54,075 nucleotides of DNA, taken from assembly GCA_045627885.1 (NCBI GenBank), contig JAZQOM010000061.1, positions 1 to 54,075 of the forward strand, in the 5' to 3' direction. Every line of letters starts with the position of its first letter. Position 1 is the stretch's first letter. The stretch comes from Eubacteriales bacterium. GTDB taxonomy: Bacteria > Bacillota > Clostridia > Oscillospirales > CAG-272. The position numbers and the translations under genes were made by a program. The notes under the pieces are model-generated. The model worked only from the letters and a program-made list of their open reading frames with translations. It did not search any database and was not told where the DNA came from. Positions 28,754 to 37,539 of this stretch are shown piece by piece.

Positions 28754-29932
28754 TTATTTAAGCTTCTCGGCAAGGTCGGTGCGCTCCCAGGGGAGGTCAA
28801 CATCCGTTCTGCCGAAGTGACCGTAAGCCGCCGTCTGCTTGTAGATAGGTCTTCTCAAATCGAAGTATTCGATTATAGCGGCGGGACGGAGGTCAAAGTT
28901 TGCGTTTACTCTCTTTTCAATCTCCGAGAGCGGAATGGTGTTTGTTCCCTTCGTGTCGATGAATACCGAGAGGGGACGGGCAACGCCTATTGCGTAGGAG
29001 AGCTGAATCTCGCAGTACGAAGCAAGCCCTGCGGCAACGATGTTCTTTGCGACATATCTTGCGGCGTAAGCGGCACTGCGGTCAACCTTTGTCGGGTCTT
29101 TGCCGCTGAAGGCACCGCCGCCGTGACGGGCATATCCGCCGTATGTATCAACGATAATTTTTCTACCGGTAAGACCGCTGTCGCCCATGGGGCCGCCGAC
29201 TACAAATCTTCCGGTCGGATTTACGAAAATCTTTGTGTTCTCGTCGATGAACTTCTCGGGAACAATCGGCTTGATTACATTTTCGATGATGTCCTTGCGA
29301 ATCTGTTCAAGAGGAGTCTCGGCGTCGTGCTGGGACGAAACGACAATAGCGTCAACTCTGACAGGCTTGTTATCGGAATCGTACTCAACCGTTACCTGAG
29401 TTTTTCCGTCTGCGCGAAGATAGGGCAGAGTGCCGTTCTTTCTCACATCGGTAAGTCTCTTTGAGAGCTTGTGAGCAAGAGAGATGGGCAGCGGCATAAG
29501 CTCGGGAGTCTCATCGCATGCAAAGCCGAACATCATACCCTGGTCGCCGGCGCCGATGTCGTACTTGTCGGAGAGAGTGCCCTCTTTTGCTTCCAAAGCC
29601 TTGTCTACGCCGAGCGCGATGTCGGGCGACTGCTTGTGAATGGAGCTGATTACGGAGCAGGTATAGCAGTCAAAGCCCTTCGAGGAATCGTCATAACCAA
29701 TCTCGCGGACGGTTTCTCTCACGATGTCCTGAACATCAATCTGAGCGTTTGTTGTAATTTCGCCCATAACCATAATGATACCGGTTGTGGTGCAGGTTTC
29801 GCAGGCTACTCTGGCGTTCTTGTCCTTTTCAAGAATAGCGTCGAGAACGGCGTCGGAAATCTGGTCGCAAATTTTATCGGGATGTCCTTCAGTTACGGAT
29901 TCGGATGTAAAGAAGTGTTTTTTATTAGCCAT
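28754..29932 (-). CDS. metK: S-adenosylmethionine synthetase
   Basis: [28 protein letters not shown]. Confidence 0.98.
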   Translation of the reverse strand: MANKKHFFTSESVTEGHPDKICDQISDAVLDAILEKDKNARVACETCTTTGIIMVMGEITTNAQIDVQDIVRETVREIGYDDSSKGFDCYTCSVISSIHKQSPDIALGVDKALEAKEGTLSDKYDIGAGDQGMMFGFACDETPELMPLPISLAHKLSKRLTDVRKNGTLPYLRADGKTQVTVEYDSDNKPVRVDAIVVSSQHDAETPLEQIRKDIIENVIKPIVPEKFIDENTKIFVNPTGRFVVGGPMGDSGLTGRKIIVDTYGGYARHGGGAFSGKDPTKVDRSAAYAARYVAKNIVAAGLASYCEIQLSYAIGVARPLSVFIDTKGTNTIPLSEIEKRVNANFDLRPAAIIEYFDLRRPIYKQTAAYGHFGRTDVDLPWERTDLAEKLK

Positions 29933-29964
29933 TGTTTTATCTCCGTTTCATAATAATCTAACTT

Positions 29965-29993
29965 ATCATATCACAACGAGGGAGAATAATCAA
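29965..29993 (-). promoter_or_regulatory. SigA promoter of metK (short leader)
   Basis: Minus strand TTGATT-N17-TATGAT with an extended TG, about 30 nt before the ATG. Confidence 0.6.
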
Positions 29994-30089
29994 CATTATT
30001 TTACTAAAAAAACTATTGTTTTTATTAAAATTCATACAATTTTGCCGCTTAATATACACAATTTCGCGCTTTTGAAGTGATATAATCAG

Positions 30090-30228
30090 AATGCAAACAA
30101 AGGAAGCTTGTGAGAATTCGTCATATAGCCCCCAATTTGCGATGCGTTTTTGTTGATTTTTCTTTTTTCGCATCGCGAACCATATACCTTTCCCCTCGAA
30201 AAAAGCCGCCCCAAAAGCGGCTTTTTTC
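30090..30228 (+). ncRNA. Candidate small RNA (or leader RNA) between metK and mtaD
   Basis: TGaTATAAT at 30078-30086, an 11-bp stem (30136-30146 with 30169-30179), an intrinsic terminator at 30198-30228, and no RBS-led ORF on the + strand. Confidence 0.5.
30198..30228. terminator. Rho-independent terminator
   Basis: GAAAAAAGCCGC-N7-GCGGCTTTTTTC. Confidence 0.75.
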
Positions 30229-30237
30229 ATTTTGTTA

Positions 30238-30266
30238 TTGCAACGAAGTATATTTTATGGTAAACT
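30238..30266 (+). promoter_or_regulatory. Probable SigA promoter of mtaD-ahcY
   Basis: TTGCAA-N17-TAAACT with an extended TG. Confidence 0.55.
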
Positions 30267-30299
30267 GAACTGTAATAAGTAAAGCATAAGAGGTATAAA

Positions 30300-31580
30300 A
30301 TGACCGCACTTATAAAGAATGCCGAAATTCTCGTAAAAGAGGACGGCAAATACATAATAAAGCACGGCGATATCACGACGGAAGGCGACAGAATAAAAAC
30401 CGTCGGCAAAGCGCCCGAGGGCGTTTCGTATGATAAAACCATCGACGGCACGGATAAGCTTGCGATACCGGCACTAATCAACTGCCACACTCACGCGTAT
30501 ATGAGCGTGTTCCGCAACCTTGCCGACGACCTGCCGTTTGCAGATTGGCTTTTCGGAGCGATTATGCCGCGCGAAGACAGAATGACACGCCCGCAGGCAA
30601 AGGCGGGCTCCATGCTTTCGCTTTTGGAGATGATGAAAAGCGGAACGGGAACATATCTCGATATGCACATGTTTCCCGAGACGAGCTGCGACGCGGCACT
30701 CGAAACGGGAATGAGAGCCGTTATCTCACGCGGACTTGCCGGAGAGCTCGGCGACGCGGACGGCGGCGCGGAAAGGCGTTTCCGTGAAGCGACCGACGAG
30801 ATAAAGGCGTATGCGGGCAAAGAAAACCTGTCGTTTATGCTTGCTCCGCACGCGATATACACCTGCGGAGAAAAAACGCTCCGCCACGCCGCGGAGCTTG
30901 CAAAAGAGCTCGGCATCGGCATAAACCTTCACCTATCCGAAACCGAAACGGAATTCGGCGACTGCATGAAGGCTCACGGCAAAACCCCCGTCGAGTATGT
31001 TGACGGGCTCGGACTTCTTTCGGGCAATACCGTCGCCGCGCACTGCGTAAAGCTTTCGGAAAACGATATCGCGATACTTGCAAAAAGAGGCGTAAGCGTC
31101 GCATCGTGCCCCATATCGAATATGAAGCTCGGCAACGGCTTTGCACCAGTCGGCAAATTAAAGGCGGCGGGAATAAATGTCACTCTCGGAACAGACAGCG
31201 CCGCATCGAATAATACGGTAAATCTTTTCCCGGATATGAGAGCTTACGCACTTGTCCATAAGGGGGCAAATCTTGACGCACTTGCCGTAAGCGCGGCAGA
31301 TACGATTGATGCCGTCACGGAGAACGCGGCAACGGCGCTCGGACTTGCAAACGGCGCGATAGAAAGCGGAAAACTTGCCGATATCGCACTGTTTGACCTG
31401 AATACACCGACCTTCCGCCCCAAGAATAACCTTGTTTCGGCTCTAGCATACAGCGCAAACGGAAGCGAGGTATCGCATCTTATGGTAGGCGGAAAACTGC
31501 TCATCGACAACTATGAGGTACTGACCGCGGACAGCGAAAAGATATATTACGAAGCGGAAAAAGTTATAAATTCACTGTAA
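30300..31580 (+). CDS. mtaD: 5'-methylthioadenosine/S-adenosylhomocysteine deaminase (MtaD/DadD-like amidohydrolase)
   Basis: NCHTH, FRNLADDLPFADWL, DMHMF, APHAIYTC, HLSET, AHCV, GTDSAASNN; lies between metK and ahcY. Confidence 0.8.
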   Translation: MTALIKNAEILVKEDGKYIIKHGDITTEGDRIKTVGKAPEGVSYDKTIDGTDKLAIPALINCHTHAYMSVFRNLADDLPFADWLFGAIMPREDRMTRPQAKAGSMLSLLEMMKSGTGTYLDMHMFPETSCDAALETGMRAVISRGLAGELGDADGGAERRFREATDEIKAYAGKENLSFMLAPHAIYTCGEKTLRHAAELAKELGIGINLHLSETETEFGDCMKAHGKTPVEYVDGLGLLSGNTVAAHCVKLSENDIAILAKRGVSVASCPISNMKLGNGFAPVGKLKAAGINVTLGTDSAASNNTVNLFPDMRAYALVHKGANLDALAVSAADTIDAVTENAATALGLANGAIESGKLADIALFDLNTPTFRPKNNLVSALAYSANGSEVSHLMVGGKLLIDNYEVLTADSEKIYYEAEKVINSL

Positions 31581-31594
31581 TACAGGAGGGAAAT

Positions 31595-32833
31595 ATGAAA
31601 AGCGAGATAAAGGACATAGCTCTTTGGGAGAGCGGAAAAAGAAAGATTGACTGGGTTCGCGCACACATGGATTTGCTCCGTACGATAGAGGAGGAATTCA
31701 CAAAGACAAAACCCTTTGCGGGAATAAGAATAGCGCTTTCGATACACCTTGAGGCAAAGACCGCGTATCTTTGCAAGGTGCTTCGTTCCGGCGGCGCGGA
31801 GATGTTCGTCACGGGAAGCAATCCGCTGTCCACGCAGGACGATGTAGCCGCGGCACTTGTTCACGACGGACTCAATGTATACGCATGGCACGGCGTCACC
31901 GCCGAGGAATACAGACACCATACGAGAATGGTAATAGAGGCAAAGCCGAATATTATCATCGACGACGGCGGCGACCTTGTAAATCTCATTCACACCGAAT
32001 ATCCCGAGCTTATCGAGAATGTGATTGGCGGCTGTGAGGAGACAACCACGGGTATTCTTCGCCTTATGGCTATGGCAAAAAAGGGAGAGCTCAAATTCCC
32101 GATGGCTATGGTCAATAACGCCCGTTGCAAGTATCTTTTCGATAATAGATACGGCACGGGACAGTCTGTATGGAACGGAATCAACCGCACTACCAATCTC
32201 ATCGTAGCCGGCAAGAATGTTGTCGTTGCGGGATACGGCTGGTGCGGCAAGGGCGTTGCCATGAGAGCAAAGGGACTCGGCGCATCTGTCATAGTCACCG
32301 AGATAGACCCGATAAAGGCGATGGAAGCGGTAATGGACGGCTTCAAAGTTATGACGATGAACGAAGCGGCAAAGTACGGCGATATCTTCGTCACCGTAAC
32401 GGGCTGCTGCGATATAATCACGGAAGCCGACTTTATGAATATGAAGGATGGCGCAATTTGTTGCAACGCGGGACATTTCGATGTTGAGGTCGATGTAAAG
32501 AGACTGCGCGAGATAGCTGTCGAGAGCTTTATCGCAAGGGATAATATAATGGGATATAAGCTCAAAAACGGCAGAACGGTATATATCATCGCCGAGGGCA
32601 GACTCGTAAATCTTGCGGCAGGTGACGGACACCCCGCGGAGATAATGGATATGAGCTTTGCAATTCAGGCGCTTTCGGCACTTTATCTTGTTGAGCATAA
32701 GGACACACTCACGGAGAAGCTCATAAGCGTTCCCGAGGAGGTAGACAACAGAGTGGCCGAGATGAAGCTCAAATTCTGGAATGTAAGCATCGACAAGCTC
32801 ACCGACAAGCAGAAAGAATATATCGGAAAATAA
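31595..32833 (+). CDS. ahcY: Adenosylhomocysteinase family (short, HLEAKT type; possibly S-inosylhomocysteine hydrolase)
   Basis: SNPLSTQD, DDGGD, EETTTG, KYLFDNRYGTG, GYGWCGKG, EGRLVNLAAGDGHP. Confidence 0.95.
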   Translation: MKSEIKDIALWESGKRKIDWVRAHMDLLRTIEEEFTKTKPFAGIRIALSIHLEAKTAYLCKVLRSGGAEMFVTGSNPLSTQDDVAAALVHDGLNVYAWHGVTAEEYRHHTRMVIEAKPNIIIDDGGDLVNLIHTEYPELIENVIGGCEETTTGILRLMAMAKKGELKFPMAMVNNARCKYLFDNRYGTGQSVWNGINRTTNLIVAGKNVVVAGYGWCGKGVAMRAKGLGASVIVTEIDPIKAMEAVMDGFKVMTMNEAAKYGDIFVTVTGCCDIITEADFMNMKDGAICCNAGHFDVEVDVKRLREIAVESFIARDNIMGYKLKNGRTVYIIAEGRLVNLAAGDGHPAEIMDMSFAIQALSALYLVEHKDTLTEKLISVPEEVDNRVAEMKLKFWNVSIDKLTDKQKEYIGK

Positions 32834-32846
32834 TAATATTGGGCAT

Positions 32847-32887
32847 AAAAAAACTGACACGGCTTTGAACTGCCGTGTCAGTTTTTT
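32847..32887. terminator. Bidirectional terminator
   Basis: AAAAAACTGACACGGC-N8-GCCGTGTCAGTTTTTT. Confidence 0.85.
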
Positions 32888-32901
32888 ATGTCATATTCAG
32901 C

Positions 32902-33825
32902 TCATGTGACCTGAAAATCAAGACCGCGCATGGTTATATCGCCCGACGCTGTATCGAATTCGAGCTTTGCGCTTCCGTTGCCGCTTATATAGCGCTTTCC
33001 CTTTCTCACCGTCGGAATGTCACAGTCGAACTTTCCTGAGGCGGTATCGATTTCTGCGGAAAACGGCATATCTTTCGGGATATAAAGCTCTATATCGCCC
33101 GACGCGGACTCAAGGCTTGCCGCAAGGAGATTTTTGCTCACCTCTACCTTTACATTCCCCGACGCGGACTCAATCTTTAATTCTTCCGCAGAAGTAAGAG
33201 AAACATTGATTTTTCCCGATGCGGTATCAAACTTCAATTCTTCCGCAGAATCAAGCGAAACATCAATCTTGCCCGACGAGGAATCCGCAGAGACGCTTTT
33301 TGGATTGGCAAGCGTTGCGCACACATTACCCGATGCCGTTGAGAACTTGCATTTGTCCGCTTTCGGAATATTAGCCGCTATGTTGCCGGAAGCCGAGGAA
33401 AGCTCCGCACTCACGGCGCTTATTTCGCAATCCGTATCGGCAGACGACGAGAATACCGAGAGCTTATCAAACACCGTACCGTACGGAACAAGAACGGTAA
33501 GCTCTTTTTTTATGTTAATAACGCTTTCGCCCGATGCGGCAAAGCGAATGTCGAGAACTCCGTCTTCGTAAAGCCAATGCACCTTTTTTCTATCGGAAAG
33601 CTCGGCTGTGGAGACTTCATATACCTCAACCGTGTTTTTATCGTGATATTGTACCGACACTTTGCCTGATTCCCAGCTTATTTTCATTTCACGGGGAATC
33701 TGTTCAATCACCGCGTCCCCGCAAGAATACTTGTCTCCGTTCGGATAGATATCGCTTACCGCCAAAGAGCATGAGCACAGAAACAGAACGGCGGCACAGA
33801 TGCAAAACGCACAGATTTTTTTCAT
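32902..33825 (-). CDS. DUF4097-family beta-strand-repeat lipoprotein
   Basis: MKKICAFCICAAVLFLCSC lipobox-like signal; ~19-aa repeats (S/T)ASG(N/K/D)I. Start moved to ATG 33825, which overlaps the upstream stop. Confidence 0.8.
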   Translation of the reverse strand: MKKICAFCICAAVLFLCSCSLAVSDIYPNGDKYSCGDAVIEQIPREMKISWESGKVSVQYHDKNTVEVYEVSTAELSDRKKVHWLYEDGVLDIRFAASGESVINIKKELTVLVPYGTVFDKLSVFSSSADTDCEISAVSAELSSASGNIAANIPKADKCKFSTASGNVCATLANPKSVSADSSSGKIDVSLDSAEELKFDTASGKINVSLTSAEELKIESASGNVKVEVSKNLLAASLESASGDIELYIPKDMPFSAEIDTASGKFDCDIPTVRKGKRYISGNGSAKLEFDTASGDITMRGLDFQVT

Positions 33826-34790
33826 TTTTCTCTTTTTCCTTTCACAATGCCGAATATGAACATAACAAGTCCTGAGATAACGCAGACCGCGAGCACCGCG
33901 CATTTTATGTTTGCGTCGATGCCGCTTTCCGAAAAAGTAAAATCCGGAACGGGCAGAGGAACATGAGAATTTATTGCCGCGCCGACGGCGCTTTCGGCGA
34001 AGTAGAACGCCGCACCCGAAAGAGCGGTAAAAATTCCGGCCTTTGCGAGCCTTGATATTTTGAGATACCGCGCGATTACAAAAATAATCCAAGCTGCCGC
34101 CGAAGCCGCAATCGCTATGGGGAACGCTATCCTGAAATATTCGGCACTTTTAACATAGAGCCCGATACATAGGAGCATCGCAAATAAAAGAAGCGTGTCA
34201 ACAGACATCACCGCAAGAGCGCGGAAGCCGAAGAAAGCCTTTTTTGCCGCATCTGTTTTTGCCGCAAACGGTAGCAAAAACAGAGAAAGCCCGAACAAAA
34301 CGGGAAGCTCGACCACAAAAAACCAATCCCCGTGAGTATAAATACAGCACACTAAAAGAAGAGCCGTAAGACTTGCCGTAAAGCTCAAAAGCGTCCACAA
34401 AAACTTTTCGTTTAACGCAACAAGCGGCACAATCGACAAAGATGCGGCAACCGCAAGCGACGCAAGAACGATAAAGAACCACGAAAGCGCCTTTCCCGAT
34501 GCGAGATTGACGATGAGGCATACGAGTATGGGAATGAGTAAAACCGCGCCGATAGCGGTACCGGCGGCGAGGCTTTTTTTCCTTGCCCGCTTTTTTTCTC
34601 TTGCGATGACGCCTTCCGCTTCATCTTTAAGCACCGAAACATTTTCGTCCTCGCAGGTGCTTCTGTATATCCTTTCGCATTCGCGGCACTCCGCAATATG
34701 CGAAAGAACAAGCTCCGTGCTTTCCGCGCTGGAAACGCCATCGGCGCAGAGCGGTATCAGGTCGCGGACTATCATACAATCATTGTTCAT
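33822..34790 (-). CDS. Zinc-finger (zf-HC2) anti-sigma factor with a multi-pass membrane domain
   Basis: DCMIVRDLIPL...HIAECREC (Hx3Cx2C) followed by about 8 TM helices. Confidence 0.85.
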   Translation of the reverse strand: MNNDCMIVRDLIPLCADGVSSAESTELVLSHIAECRECERIYRSTCEDENVSVLKDEAEGVIAREKKRARKKSLAAGTAIGAVLLIPILVCLIVNLASGKALSWFFIVLASLAVAASLSIVPLVALNEKFLWTLLSFTASLTALLLVCCIYTHGDWFFVVELPVLFGLSLFLLPFAAKTDAAKKAFFGFRALAVMSVDTLLLFAMLLCIGLYVKSAEYFRIAFPIAIAASAAAWIIFVIARYLKISRLAKAGIFTALSGAAFYFAESAVGAAINSHVPLPVPDFTFSESGIDANIKCAVLAVCVISGLVMFIFGIVKGKREK

Positions 34791-35266
34791 TTTTCATCCA
34801 TCCTTTCTTTAAGCATCAGCTTCGCACGGTGAAAAGTAACTCTTGCCCAACTTTCGGTTTTTGAGAATCTTTTTGCGATATCCTCATACGAATACTCACC
34901 GAAAACGCGCATTTTCAGCACTTCGCCGTAAGGATTTTCAAGAGCTTCAAGCTCCTTGTGAAGCCTTGCCGAAAGCTCATTTTCCTCGGCTTTTTCCGCA
35001 ACATCGTCCGATGAGGCTATGCTGTCAAAGAGGGGGAACTGCCGCTTTCTTCGCCGAAGCTCGTCCGCGTACGCGTTTTTTGCTATCGAGCAAAGCCAGG
35101 TAAGCTCCGCAGAACGCCCTTCAAAGCTTGCCGAAGACTTCGCGCTCATGGCTTTGTAAAATGTATTTTGCGTAATTTCCTCGGCAAGAGCTTTATCTTT
35201 GCAGAGCGCCATAACATAGGAATAAACGCTCATATAGCATTCCCTGAACAGCTTTTCGCTTTCCAC
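34787..35266 (-). CDS. ECF RNA polymerase sigma factor
   Basis: Region 2 AEEITQNTFYKA, WLCSIAKN; region 4 YSYEDIA...WARVTFHRAK. GTG 35266 fits the AGGAGG spacing; 35275 is an alternative start. Confidence 0.9.
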   Translation of the reverse strand: MESEKLFRECYMSVYSYVMALCKDKALAEEITQNTFYKAMSAKSSASFEGRSAELTWLCSIAKNAYADELRRRKRQFPLFDSIASSDDVAEKAEENELSARLHKELEALENPYGEVLKMRVFGEYSYEDIAKRFSKTESWARVTFHRAKLMLKERMDEK

Positions 35267-35300
35267 CGCCGTCACCTCCTTTTCGATATTCCGACAATTA

Positions 35301-35326
35301 GACGGACAGAATCACTATTTGTTACA
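35301..35326 (-). promoter_or_regulatory. ECF-type autoregulatory promoter
   Basis: Minus strand TGTAAC-N16-CGTC directly upstream of the ECF gene. Confidence 0.7.
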
Positions 35327-35343
35327 AAAAAAGCGGAATTTTT

Positions 35344-35979
35344 TCAAACTCCGCTTTCAGCTCTGTATACAGTTTCCGTAATTTCCGCGCTTGCTCTTGC
35401 CGCCGTTATCTCCTTTATCGCCGAGCAGATTCGCCGCGCCTTTTCTTCTTCTATAAAGAACACCGCGCTTACCGCGTCCGAGAAAACGGGCGGCTCGCAT
35501 ATCGCGCCCGAGCGCTTAATCTCGTTTTCAATCTTGGGATAATCGGCATATCCCGCTTTGACATTCACCTTTGCAAAGCGAATGAATTTTGATATTCCGC
35601 CGAGCTTTATTGCATCGGCGCAGGCAGAGCCGTACGCTCTGCAAAGACCGGAAGCTCCGAGCAGAATTCCGCCGAAATACCTTGTCACGGTAACAACAAT
35701 GTCGGTAACGCCGTTTTTCTTTATAATTTCGAGCATGGGCAGTCCCGCCGTACCCTGCGGCTCGCCGTCGTCGCTCATTCTCGAAAGACCGCCGCTTCTT
35801 AAAAGATAAGCAAAACAGATATGCCTTGCGTCGGGATGCCGATTCCTTATTTCCTTTATAAAATCCTCGGCTTCGTCCTTTGTCGAAACGCTTTTCGCAT
35901 TTCCGATAAATACGGATTTTTTAATTTCAAGCCTAGACTCGGAGGCTTTTGCAACAGATATGTAGCTTTCGTTTTCCAT
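35344..35979 (-). CDS. YigZ/IMPACT-family protein
   Basis: IKKSVFI, ARHICFAY, SDDGEPQGTAG, RYFGGILLGASGL. Confidence 0.92.
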   Translation of the reverse strand: MENESYISVAKASESRLEIKKSVFIGNAKSVSTKDEAEDFIKEIRNRHPDARHICFAYLLRSGGLSRMSDDGEPQGTAGLPMLEIIKKNGVTDIVVTVTRYFGGILLGASGLCRAYGSACADAIKLGGISKFIRFAKVNVKAGYADYPKIENEIKRSGAICEPPVFSDAVSAVFFIEEEKARRICSAIKEITAARASAEITETVYRAESGV

Positions 35980-36013
35980 ACTTGCCTCCGCAGAATATCT
36001 TTCCTTTATTTTA

Positions 36014-37195
36014 TCAATTTACAAAGCTCGTGTCAATAAGCTCCTCCGTGCATATATCCTCAACGCATTCCAAAGCGGATGTCAGAACGGCTTTGTCTTG
36101 CAGATATTGCACACTTTCCTTTTGCGACAGAATCTTTGCCCCTGCAAGCTCGACGGACAGAGTTTCCGCCATAAGCCGCCGCGCCTCAAAAAGAGCCTCG
36201 TCGCGACTCAATGTGCTTTCCTTTTGCGTATATTCGCGCATCACCGTTTTCGAGACGGAAAACGGAAGCCGCACGGTCGAGAAAAGCACGGCGTCACTTT
36301 CTTCTTCGGTTATGTCGCAAAGCGCAAACGGAGATTCTTTTTTTCCGAAGGAAAGCGTTTTTCCGAAAACTTTTACACAGAGCTTTTGCGCCTTTTTGCC
36401 CGTGTAATTTTTCTCTGCGGTTTTGTACGGAACACTCACCGAGAAAGTCCTGTAAGTCTTCGCGATTATTCTTCCGCGCGCCCTTTGCAGCTTGTAGCCG
36501 TAGGCTTTGCTGTCAACGACTCCGCCGATAAGAAGCTCTCCTTTTTGAACTATGTCACCGCGCTTAACCGCGCACACGCCCGAAACCGCTTCGGTGTATA
36601 TTATTTCGCCGTCGCATTTTGCCACAATGTTGGTCGGCGTTTTGTTGTCGTAGATGTCGGGCTTTTCCACCGTTTCGCGCATTTCCACTCTTGCGAGAGT
36701 GCCCTCATAGTTTACCGAAAGCCACGCCACACCGTCCATTTCAAGCTCGGCGTCAAGGGCAAGAGAATGCGGACTCACGCTTTTTTTCAGAGCGCCCTCA
36801 TAAAGCCCTTTTTTCTCAAGATATTCAAGAATTTCGCTTTCGGATATTCTTTCGTTGCCGACAATCTCAATGTTCCATACAAACAGATTCGACACAATCA
36901 CTAAAATTATGCCGAAAGCCGCCCCGATAAAAAGCCCCGCCCTCTTTTTGTAGAGGGAAAATAATTTCGGAAGCCCTTTTACAGAGATATCCGCACAGAC
37001 CTTGTGCATAGAGCATAAGTCGCAAATTCTGCCGTAATGCGAATACGGAGCGTTAAAGCAAAGCGAAGCATCATCTCTTCCGCTCATTCCCGAAAACGGA
37101 ATATTGTATTCGGCAAGCAGATTTGCAAGGCGCAGAATTTCCGCCTTTTCTCCGCAGACCTCAACACTTCCCAGAAAAAGACCGAGTATGCCCAT
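36014..37195 (-). CDS. yqfD: Sporulation protein YqfD (stage IV)
   Basis: FVWNIEIVGN, NIVAKCDGEI, VKRGDIVQKGELLIGG; follows yqfC. Start moved to ATG 37195. Confidence 0.82.
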   Translation of the reverse strand: MGILGLFLGSVEVCGEKAEILRLANLLAEYNIPFSGMSGRDDASLCFNAPYSHYGRICDLCSMHKVCADISVKGLPKLFSLYKKRAGLFIGAAFGIILVIVSNLFVWNIEIVGNERISESEILEYLEKKGLYEGALKKSVSPHSLALDAELEMDGVAWLSVNYEGTLARVEMRETVEKPDIYDNKTPTNIVAKCDGEIIYTEAVSGVCAVKRGDIVQKGELLIGGVVDSKAYGYKLQRARGRIIAKTYRTFSVSVPYKTAEKNYTGKKAQKLCVKVFGKTLSFGKKESPFALCDITEEESDAVLFSTVRLPFSVSKTVMREYTQKESTLSRDEALFEARRLMAETLSVELAGAKILSQKESVQYLQDKAVLTSALECVEDICTEELIDTSFVN

Positions 37196-37196
37196 A

Positions 37197-37466
37197 CTAA
37201 CAGAACTCCATTCCCGAAAGCTTTCCGCGGATTGCAACCACACGCCCCGACAGAAGCACAAGTTCAAGCTCGTTTCCGAAGACCTTTACGCCGGTGGAAA
37301 AACAGCGCAAAATAACGGCTTCCGTGCTGTATTCGGCGATTTTCGTGCAGCCTGAAATGATTATTTCGCGCCTGCCGTCAATCTCCATGTGAGGGTGCTT
37401 TTCGCAGTTTTCTCTTGTGTATGAGACTTTTCGTGAAATCCCGCTTTTTATTCTTGTAAGCTTCAT
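37197..37466 (-). CDS. yqfC: YabP/YqfC-family sporulation protein
   Basis: EIIISGCTKIAEYSTE...VFGNELEL...IRGKLSGMEF; GGAGG RBS before ATG 37466. Confidence 0.7.
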   Translation of the reverse strand: MKLTRIKSGISRKVSYTRENCEKHPHMEIDGRREIIISGCTKIAEYSTEAVILRCFSTGVKVFGNELELVLLSGRVVAIRGKLSGMEFC

Positions 37467-37478
37467 ATTACCTCCGCC

Positions 37479-37507
37479 GCATAGCATAGGCTGATGCGGC
37501 ATAGAAT
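37479..37507 (+). promoter_or_regulatory. Possible SigE promoter for ylbJ
   Basis: gcATA-N16-CATAGAAT, close to the SigE consensus ATA...CATACAAT; ylbJ is SigE-dependent in Bacillus. Confidence 0.4.
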
Positions 37508-37539
37508 TATCCGCATAATTATATTCGTAAAGAGGCGAT

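Noticed and set aside
31547-32860. 437-aa minus-strand ORF spanning ahcY
   Set aside because: It mirrors ahcY almost end to end, as expected from codon bias, and has no domain motifs.
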